The notes under the pieces were generated by a model. It did no database searches. It had not been told where the DNA came from and saw only the letters and a list, made by a program, of their open reading frames with translations. From positions 9,757 to 73,756 of the forward strand of contig CAVHEM010000009.1 of assembly GCA_963635055.1 (NCBI GenBank): a DNA stretch of 64,000 nt. Direction: 5' to 3'. The translations under genes were made by a program, and so were the position numbers. Positions 7,577-15,800 of this stretch are shown in pieces. This DNA is from Bacteroidaceae bacterium. GTDB taxonomy: Bacteria > Cyanobacteriota > Vampirovibrionia > Gastranaerophilales > Gastranaerophilaceae. How positions within the stretch are numbered: position 1 is the stretch's first letter; every line of letters starts with the position of its first letter.

Positions 7577-9346
7577 ATGAGAACAGAGAGTTCTGAGAAT
7601 AGGCAAAAAACACCAAGAACCAGAGAGTGTAACAAGAGGGTTAAAATACTCTTGGCATTTTATTGGTTAATTGTCGGGATATTAGTTTTACACTTAATCA
7701 AATTGCAAATTTTTGACCCGTATAACTACCGTGAAAAAGGTAGAATACAAAGGGCAAATAATGATTTTGCCGTACGTGGAGATATTTATGATAGACATGG
7801 CATAAAACTTGCAACAGATAGAATTTATTATAATATTTACGCAAGACCTGTAGAATATTCAAAGAAAGAAAATCCGAGAAAAATTGCACATTTGCTATCT
7901 CCAATTCTTGGAATTCCGGAAGCAGGTTTGTATAAAAAACTTTCAAATACAAAAATCCCTGTTATTGCTGTTAAAAAAGATGTTGATAGAGATACGGCTA
8001 AAAAAGTTATGGCTGTACTTAGCGAAAACGGATTTCGTTCAATAAGTTTAGACAAAAAGAACACAAGAGAGTATCCGCAAGGGGTGTTTGCTTCTCATGT
8101 TCTCGGTTTTTATAATTTTGATGCCGGAGTATCAAACGGTGTTGAACTTACGGCAAAAGACAAGTTAGAACACGCCGTTCGTGCTACGTATGAAAAAACT
8201 CGTGATGGTAGAATTATTTATAAAATTCCGACCGACCCGATTGGTCCTACACGTAACCCGAAAGGGCAAGATGTTACATTGACTATTGATGCTGCAATTC
8301 AACACGTTTGTGAAAAAGAATTAGCTAAAATCATCACCGAAAAAGATGCTTTGCGTGGTGCGGTAATTGTTATGAACCCTAAAAATGGTGAAATTCTTGC
8401 TTATGCGGTTTATCCGACTTATGACCCTAACAATTTCCAAAAGGCTTCAAACTTACAGATTAAAAACTGGACGTTGACTGATGTTTATCCTCCTGGGTCA
8501 ACATTTAAAACAATTACGGTTACCAGTGCAATGGAACTTGGTAAAATTAACGAAAATTCTATAATTGAAGATTCAGGAAGAATGAAGTTTGGCGGTTATA
8601 CAATCGAAAACTATGATTACAAAGAAAAAGGTGCCCCAGGTAAAATCAATTTGGTTTATTTGTTTGAGCACTCAAGTAATATAGGTTCTGTTAATGTTGG
8701 AGCATTGATGAGTCACCATGAGTTTTACGATATGCTCAAAAAGTTCGGTTTTGGTGCTAAATCAGGTATTGACCTTCCTGGGGAATCTTCTGGTTTGTTG
8801 GCTCCGCCAAAATTGTGGGATAAAGGGTTACATATTACAATGTCTTACGGCTATGGAACTTCTGTTTCTATAATGCAAATGGTTTCTGCCGTGTCAGCTC
8901 TTGCGAATAACGGAGTAAGAGTTACTCCGCACGTAATTAAATACTCTGCAGAGGAAGAAGCGGAAAAAGTTAAACGTATTCCGACGATTTCGCCTGAAAC
9001 CGCTCGTACGATTACAAAACTTCTTGCAATGAGCGTTAATAACGGTAAATCTTGTATAAAAATGGATAAATACAATGTTGCGGCTAAAACAGGAACTTCA
9101 AGAAAACCTCTTGAAAACGGTCCTGGGTATTCCGGTGCGATGTACACTTCAACAATCGGGTATTTGCCGGCTAGTGACCCGCAAGTTTTGATTTATGTAG
9201 TTGTAGATAGTGCAAAAAAAGGACCGGTTTGGGGTAATACCGTTGCAGGTCCGGTATTTCACGAGGTCGCCGAACAGACCGCAAGAATTTTAGACTTGAA
9301 ACCAGACAAAGTTCCTGCCGTTTCGCCTGCTAATAAGAATAATTAA
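7577..9346 (+). CDS. ftsI: Class B penicillin-binding protein (peptidoglycan D,D-transpeptidase, FtsI-like)
   Basis: STFK, SSN and KTGT motifs with one N-terminal TM helix. Sits directly upstream of murE, as in dcw clusters. Start set at ATG 7577 (GAGGGA SD) rather than 7523. Confidence 0.8.
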   Translation: MRTESSENRQKTPRTRECNKRVKILLAFYWLIVGILVLHLIKLQIFDPYNYREKGRIQRANNDFAVRGDIYDRHGIKLATDRIYYNIYARPVEYSKKENPRKIAHLLSPILGIPEAGLYKKLSNTKIPVIAVKKDVDRDTAKKVMAVLSENGFRSISLDKKNTREYPQGVFASHVLGFYNFDAGVSNGVELTAKDKLEHAVRATYEKTRDGRIIYKIPTDPIGPTRNPKGQDVTLTIDAAIQHVCEKELAKIITEKDALRGAVIVMNPKNGEILAYAVYPTYDPNNFQKASNLQIKNWTLTDVYPPGSTFKTITVTSAMELGKINENSIIEDSGRMKFGGYTIENYDYKEKGAPGKINLVYLFEHSSNIGSVNVGALMSHHEFYDMLKKFGFGAKSGIDLPGESSGLLAPPKLWDKGLHITMSYGYGTSVSIMQMVSAVSALANNGVRVTPHVIKYSAEEEAEKVKRIPTISPETARTITKLLAMSVNNGKSCIKMDKYNVAAKTGTSRKPLENGPGYSGAMYTSTIGYLPASDPQVLIYVVVDSAKKGPVWGNTVAGPVFHEVAEQTARILDLKPDKVPAVSPANKNN

Positions 9347-9361
9347 ATGGGAGATATATAA

Positions 9362-10837
9362 ATGAGATTAGATGAATTAATTGAATATTTGAAGTATGAA
9401 GACTTAATCAATTTTAAAAATGTGGAAATTTCAGGAATTTCTTATAATTCAAAAACAACCAAAAAGGGTGATATTTTTATCTGTATGGTAGGTGAACACA
9501 CTGACGGGCATGAATATGCTCAAATGGCGATTGATAATGGTGCTGCAGCACTTTTGGTGGAACACAAAGTCGAAGGTGTTAAAGTTCCGCAGGTTCAAGT
9601 TGATTCTACACGTCATAAAATTGCGGATATTGCAGACAGATTTTATTCAAGTCCTTCAAAAGGTTTGAATTTGATTGGTATTACAGGTACAAACGGAAAA
9701 ACTACAGTTACCCACTTGATTCAAAAAATCTTTGAAGAAAACGGTCAAAAATGTGCGCTTATCGGTACTTTGGGGTATAAGTTGTCATCAAACGGAGAGT
9801 ATCGTGATGCAAAACATACAACTCCACAAGCACCGGAACTTCAAGCAACTTTACGTATGATTAAAGACGTTGAAAAAATTGATAATGTTGTAATGGAAGT
9901 AAGTTCTCACGCTCTTGAACAAAACCGAGTAGGTGGTTGTCGTTTTAACGGTGCGGTTTTGACTAATTTAACTCAAGACCATTTGGATTACCATATTACA
10001 ATGGAAAATTATTTTAAGGCAAAAGCAATCTTGTTTGAAGGTTTATCTGAAGGTGACTTTGCAGTTATAAATATTGATGATGAATATGGCGACAGATTCT
10101 TAGGTGTAGTTCCGGAAGGTGTTCGTAAATTCACTTATGGTGTGAAAAAAGAAGCTGATGTTATGGCTAAAGATATCAATTTTTCATTAAACGGTGCAGA
10201 ATTTAAACTTGTTTATGATGGAAAATCATATTCCGTAAACTTGCACATGAACGGAATGTTCAGTGTTTATAATGTGTTGGCTGCACTTACTGCTGCTCTT
10301 GCAATGGGTATTGATATTAATGTTTCATTGAAAGCATTGCAAAATGTTCACGGAGTTGCAGGAAGATTTGAAATCGTTAATAAAAAGCCGTTGGTAATTG
10401 TTGATTATGCACACACTCCGGACGGTTTGGAAAATGTATTAAAAGCAGCAAGAGAAATTACACCGGCTGATGGCAAATTGATTTGTATGTTCGGTTGCGG
10501 TGGGGATAGAGATGCTACAAAACGCCCTAAAATGGGTGCAATAGCACAAAAACTTGCCGATAAGATAGTTATAACAAGTGATAATCCTCGTTCTGAAGAC
10601 CCACAACAAATTATTACAGATATTATTGCAGGTTTGAAATCTGTTGACCCTGAAATTGTAACCGTAGAACCTGACAGAGGCGAAGCGATTGCGTTATTGA
10701 AAACTATTGCAAATAACAATGATGTGGTCCTTCTTGCAGGAAAAGGTCATGAAGATTATCAAATTTTGAAGGATAAAACCATTCATTTTGATGATAGGGA
10801 ACAAGCAAGAAAAGTTTTTGCAGGAAGTGTAATTTAA
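9362..10837 (+). CDS. murE: UDP-N-acetylmuramoyl-L-alanyl-D-glutamate--2,6-diaminopimelate ligase
   Basis: GITGTNGKTT P-loop and a DNPR motif, which is typical of meso-DAP-adding MurE. Confidence 0.9.
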   Translation: MRLDELIEYLKYEDLINFKNVEISGISYNSKTTKKGDIFICMVGEHTDGHEYAQMAIDNGAAALLVEHKVEGVKVPQVQVDSTRHKIADIADRFYSSPSKGLNLIGITGTNGKTTVTHLIQKIFEENGQKCALIGTLGYKLSSNGEYRDAKHTTPQAPELQATLRMIKDVEKIDNVVMEVSSHALEQNRVGGCRFNGAVLTNLTQDHLDYHITMENYFKAKAILFEGLSEGDFAVINIDDEYGDRFLGVVPEGVRKFTYGVKKEADVMAKDINFSLNGAEFKLVYDGKSYSVNLHMNGMFSVYNVLAALTAALAMGIDINVSLKALQNVHGVAGRFEIVNKKPLVIVDYAHTPDGLENVLKAAREITPADGKLICMFGCGGDRDATKRPKMGAIAQKLADKIVITSDNPRSEDPQQIITDIIAGLKSVDPEIVTVEPDRGEAIALLKTIANNNDVVLLAGKGHEDYQILKDKTIHFDDREQARKVFAGSVI

Positions 10838-11751
10838 TGATGAAAACACCATTACTTATGGAACAACATTTTCATGGTTGTTACGGAATAGATTTTAATA
10901 AAGCGACTGTAGAAGATATGCTTGATGTTTCTCGCAAGCTTTTGGCGGAAGGTGTTGGGTATATTTTCCCGACAATAGTTACAGATACTGTTGAAAATAC
11001 TAAAAGACAAGTAGAAATAATCAAACAGGCTGCAAAACAGCAAGCTTCTGGCATGGCGAGGATTTGCGGTGTGCATCTGGAAGGTATTTTTCTCAATCCG
11101 GAAAAAAAGGCTATTCACAATGCTGTTCATTTTCTTTCGCCAACTATTGAAAATTACAAATTACTTGAAGATGATTTTATAAAAATCGTAACTCTTGCAC
11201 CTGAACTTGTTACTCCTGACAGTGATTTAATCGGATATTTACATGAAAAAGGTGTAAAAGTTCAGGCAGGACATTGTGTCGGCGGAAATTTGACTGGCTG
11301 TGACGGGGTAACTCATACATTTAATGCAATGAAAGGTGTTGTTCATCGTGGTGAATCAACGGCATTATCAGCCTTAATTGAGGATAATATTTATACCGAA
11401 GTTATCGCTGATGGGGTGCATGTTTCAGATGAGGTTTTAAAGTTACTATTCAAAGCTAAGCCGGCAGATAAAGTTATTTTGATTTCTGATTGTTTGCCGT
11501 GTACTCATAGTGAAGTTAGAGAGTTTTATTTTGCAGATGAAAAAATTTATTTTGACGGAAAATGTGCCGCTTCAAAAGCCGGTACAATCGCAGGGAGTAC
11601 AAAACTTTTGCCTGATATCGTTAAAATACTTGCTCAAAAAAACATGTTCAATCAGGAATTTATATCAAATCCTTACAATTATCACAATATTGACCCAAAA
11701 GGAACTTTAACTTGGGACGATGAGTTTAATGTTGTTGAAGTGAAGGGGTAA
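10837..11751 (+). CDS. NagA-family amidohydrolase (N-acetylglucosamine-6-phosphate deacetylase-like), short form
   Basis: QHFHGCYGIDF, HLEGIFLNPEKK, AGH, THTFNAM and ADGVHV match NagA metal and substrate motifs. It is only 304 aa and begins at the HxH motif. The start overlaps the murE stop (TAATG). Confidence 0.7.
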   Translation: MMKTPLLMEQHFHGCYGIDFNKATVEDMLDVSRKLLAEGVGYIFPTIVTDTVENTKRQVEIIKQAAKQQASGMARICGVHLEGIFLNPEKKAIHNAVHFLSPTIENYKLLEDDFIKIVTLAPELVTPDSDLIGYLHEKGVKVQAGHCVGGNLTGCDGVTHTFNAMKGVVHRGESTALSALIEDNIYTEVIADGVHVSDEVLKLLFKAKPADKVILISDCLPCTHSEVREFYFADEKIYFDGKCAASKAGTIAGSTKLLPDIVKILAQKNMFNQEFISNPYNYHNIDPKGTLTWDDEFNVVEVKG

Positions 11752-11798
11752 AATTTTTATATTCGTGTTAAAATTCAATAGTAATAATGGAGTTCATA

Positions 11799-12215
11799 AT
11801 GAGTAATAGCCAATTGGATTTGATGAATTTGAAAAACTGTATAAGCGCTTTGAAAGAATGCATTGAAGCCTATAAGTCAAATACAGATAAGAAAATACAA
11901 GGTTTTATAGAAGATTCTTGCGTTAAAAGGTTTGAATTTACTGTTGAAACATCTTGGAAAACAATGAAACGATTTTTAAAAGTCGTTTATGGTAAAGATG
12001 ATAAAGAATTGACCATGAATAATATTTTTCGTTTAATGGAAGGATATGGATTTATCAAATCTTGGGAAGCATGGCGTGGTTATTATGACCAACGAAATGA
12101 TACAAGCCATGAATATAATCAAAAGAAGGCTATTGGTATTTTGAATTCTATGAATGATTTATTAGAAGATGCAAATTACTTATACACAGAATTGAATAAG
12201 GAATTAAACAAGTAA
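11799..12215 (+). CDS. HEPN-domain protein, HI0074 / HepT-like nucleotidyltransferase substrate-binding family (toxin-type component)
   Basis: VKRFEFTVETSWKTMKRFL and RNDTSHEY (Rx4H HEPN motif). Start set at ATG 11799, which has a GGAG SD. Confidence 0.8.
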   Translation: MSNSQLDLMNLKNCISALKECIEAYKSNTDKKIQGFIEDSCVKRFEFTVETSWKTMKRFLKVVYGKDDKELTMNNIFRLMEGYGFIKSWEAWRGYYDQRNDTSHEYNQKKAIGILNSMNDLLEDANYLYTELNKELNK

Positions 12216-12512
12216 ATGCCACTTGGAATAACAGAAAAAGAGCGTAGTATAATTGTAGGTATTTTGAAAGAATATTTCAACAAATATTCTTTTTATTACT
12301 ATGGTTCAAGAATAAAAGGAAATTTTAACAAGACTTCTGATTTGGACATTATGATAAAGGGCAACTCAGAGATGCCTTTGTCTGAATTAGCAGCATTAAA
12401 AAACAAATTTGATAAAAGTTTTTTGCCGTATATTGTGAATTTTACAGATTATTGTAGTATTGATAAAAATTTCTATAATTTAATTAAAAATGATTTAATT
12501 CTTGTCAAATAA
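12216..12512 (+). CDS. Minimal nucleotidyltransferase (MNT / MntA-like, HI0073 family; antitoxin-type component)
   Basis: YYYGSRIKGNFNKTSDLDIMI (GS...DxD NTase motif). The ATG directly follows the HEPN gene stop (TAAATG). Confidence 0.8.
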   Translation: MPLGITEKERSIIVGILKEYFNKYSFYYYGSRIKGNFNKTSDLDIMIKGNSEMPLSELAALKNKFDKSFLPYIVNFTDYCSIDKNFYNLIKNDLILVK

Positions 12513-12579
12513 TTAATACGTTAATATTACATATCCTTTATATAATTTTATTGAATTTTTTGTAATAACCTTAAAACCC

Positions 12580-12609
12580 TTGACAAATAAGGGTAAGTAG
12601 GTGTATTAT
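12580..12609 (+). promoter_or_regulatory. Candidate sigma-70-like promoter for giant gene 1 (implies a ~190-nt leader)
   Basis: TTGACA (12580-12585), 18-nt spacer, TATTAT (12604-12609). Confidence 0.35.
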
Positions 12610-12804
12610 AAATTTCGAAGTATATTGAATTGTAAAGATTTTGTAAATATTTATAAATTTATGTAACAAAACACTAAATTTTTAACACCCTAGAACCGTT
12701 TATATAAATATACGAACATGTGAAAGTGTCATGTGCAAATAGTATAAGGAACGTAAAAATTGCAAAACAGGAACAAGAACATATACGAGAAAGGATTGGC
12801 AAAG

Positions 12805-15800
12805 ATGAGAAGAAGTAGAAAAGCACAAAGAAGAATTGTTGCATCAATACTTACGGGTGTTTTCCTAATGCAACAGACAATGACATTATCTGTCTTTGCG
12901 AGCACTATTACTTCAGTCGGTTCAGGTGTATCTCAAGATGGTAATACATTTACTATCGATCCGATGAAAACTAACGGAAATATCGGTTTTCAAAGATATT
13001 CTGACTTTACGTTGGATAAAGGTGATACTGCGAACTTAAACTTCGAAGGTGTTGAGACATTTGTTAACTTGTTGGATAAAGATAAGGGTCAATTCACTAT
13101 CAATGGTACTTTGAACTCTATCAGAAATAACAATTTCTATGAAGGTAAAGCAATTTTCATTTCACCAAACGGAATGGTTGTAGGTTCATCAGGTGTTCTT
13201 AACGTTGGTTCTTTGGGTGTTTATACTCACAGTGCCGATCAATATGATACAATTATGCAACAATCTGATATCAGCCATTGGACAGATAGAGATTTAGGAT
13301 TGACAAGCAACGGTACTATTACTATTGATGGTAAAGTATTCTCATCTGGTGATATCGCATTGAGAGCAGGTCAAATTAATCTTGGTCAAACAGGTGCTTT
13401 GATTGGTGGTTTGAATACCACAGTCGGTCAAAGTGTTAAAGATAATCCTGCAAACGCTGCTTTATTCTCAAGATTAGTTAATTTTAATGACGCTGCAAAT
13501 GATAAAAATTCAAGCGGTAAAGGTATTATCACAATCAACAACTATGTAGAAAGTGCTTTAGAAAAATCTACAGACGGTTTGAATTTACAAGGTACTGTTG
13601 CAAACTATGCTACAGTGACTCAACAAGATAGTTCTTATGTAAACGGTACTGTTGATTTAGCAAATATTCAAATTTACAATGGACATGGTGATGCTGTAAT
13701 TGGTGGTAAGATCACATCAAACGGTGGCAGCTTAAAGATTACTAACCGTGCTCAATTAAAAGATGGCAAAGGTAATTTGACAATCGCTGATGGTGCTAAT
13801 ATCAATTATCGTAGCGGCTCAATGTCTATCCACAACGGTCCTGTAACTTCAGGTTCTACAGGTTGGGCATCTGATAACGGTAACTATACATCAATGACAA
13901 TCAACGGCAACTTGTCAGGTAACGGTGATATGACCATTACTCAACTTGGTGCAGGTGGTATGACATTTGGTAAGAACAGTACAGTTACTAACAACGGTAC
14001 TTTAACTATTCAAAACGGTAACAAACCTGAAAGCGATGCTGCTAAAGAATTGAATGCCGTATCTGCTTCAATGGAAATCAACGGTAAGATTTCTAACACT
14101 GGTAAATCAACCATTACAAACTACGGTAAAGCCTTGAACGTTAACGCTACAGGTAATGTATCAAACGAAACTTCAACATTATCTATGTATAACTTCGGTG
14201 AAAATGGTTTTAATGTTGCAAACGGTGGTTCTATCAACGGTACTGATACAACAATTTATATGTATAACTATGGTGCTGACGGTATGAACACTCATGGCAA
14301 TGTAACTGCAAAAGGTACAGGCGACATTAACATGATAAACTTCGCATCAGGTACAAACGGTATCAATATTTACGAAGATAGTAAAATTACAAGTAATAAC
14401 AATATCAGTATTACCAACAAAGCAACAGGTCGTGACAATAAATCTTTAAGAAACGAAGTTGGCGGTGTTAACGTTAGAGGTTTAATTGATGCTACTGAAA
14501 TCGTTAATATTGATAGTGATTCAGGTAACGTTATATTAGGTTATACAACTAACGACAATTTTGTTAAAGGTAAAAATATTAACATCACAACAAATGATGC
14601 AAGTATTCTTAACTATGGTGTTGAAAAAACATTGTTGAATGCAACAGGTAACTTGTCAATGAAAGCAACTGATGGTACTATCGGTTTGACAACTCAAGAT
14701 AATGCATGTACAGGTTCAGGTTGTACCGGTGTTGGTCGTAAAGCAAATGGCAGCCGTGATTTCACAAAATCAATCAACGCAAATATTGGCGGTAACGTTT
14801 ATGCAAAAACAACAAATGCTGATAACACTGAGCAAGCAGCAAAACCAGAAGGATTAGTTATCAACTATGCTTCTATCGGTAACGATATGAACATTGATGT
14901 AGTTGATGCTGACGGTCGTGTTATCTTGACAGTTGATGATGATTACGGAACTGCTAACAACGGTAAAAAATACAGCATGAACAATGCTAATACAGGTTTG
15001 AACGGTGCTACAAACATCAAAGGTTGGGGCATTTCTTTAATCGCTGATAAAAATATTGGTACAAGCGACAACAAAGTAACCTTTATTCAAACTAAAGATG
15101 GTAATGATGGTTACAAAATGGACGTTTTGGCTAACAACGATATCAATATTAAAGAAAATAGTTACAATGACAGTGCTTACAAGGCTAAAAACGGCGAAAC
15201 CAAAAGTAACGATGTTTGCACAATGATTTCAAGAGAAGGAAGTATTGATGCTGAATTCGGCGGGAATACTTACATTGAAGACATTACTGCAGAAAAATCA
15301 ATCAATGTTGTTACTCGTGGTAAGATATTGGAAATTGAAAACTTGGGCGATATTCAAAACAAAGACATCTTAACAAACGGTGACTACTTCGGTAAATACA
15401 CAAACGGTGAAGCTGATGGCGGTTACTTGTCAGATGATAGAAAAACTCAATCTTTACCTAATGAAGTTACTTTGAAAGCATTAGATATTAACAAATCAAT
15501 CAGATCTGACGGTACGAATGTTGATGGTTATTATGCTTATGCAGATTCAACAGTTAGAGTTAAAAACGCTTTGTTAGACCACGGTAATATGGATATCACG
15601 GCTGACCAAATTTATGCTAACGGTATTCACGTTGATTACGGCAAAACTGGTCCGAAAAAAGAAATCGATAATTCAACAAAAAAAGTTGAAGGTGCTAAAG
15701 AATATCCTACAGGACACGCAGTAAGACCTAAAGATGTTACAGACATCGACCATGACGAACACGAAAGAAACTACTATTACCACACCGGCAAAGGTGACGG

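Noticed and set aside
12513-12804. c-di-GMP riboswitch (GEMM-I/II), or a shared regulatory motif, in the long leaders of the two giant genes (also 57888-58067)
   Set aside because: I saw no GEMM-like ACGCAAAGC or GNRA-tetraloop-receptor features. The only shared element is a short ACATG(TG)AAAG / CATG-rich stretch in both leaders, which is too short to separate from chance in AT-rich DNA.
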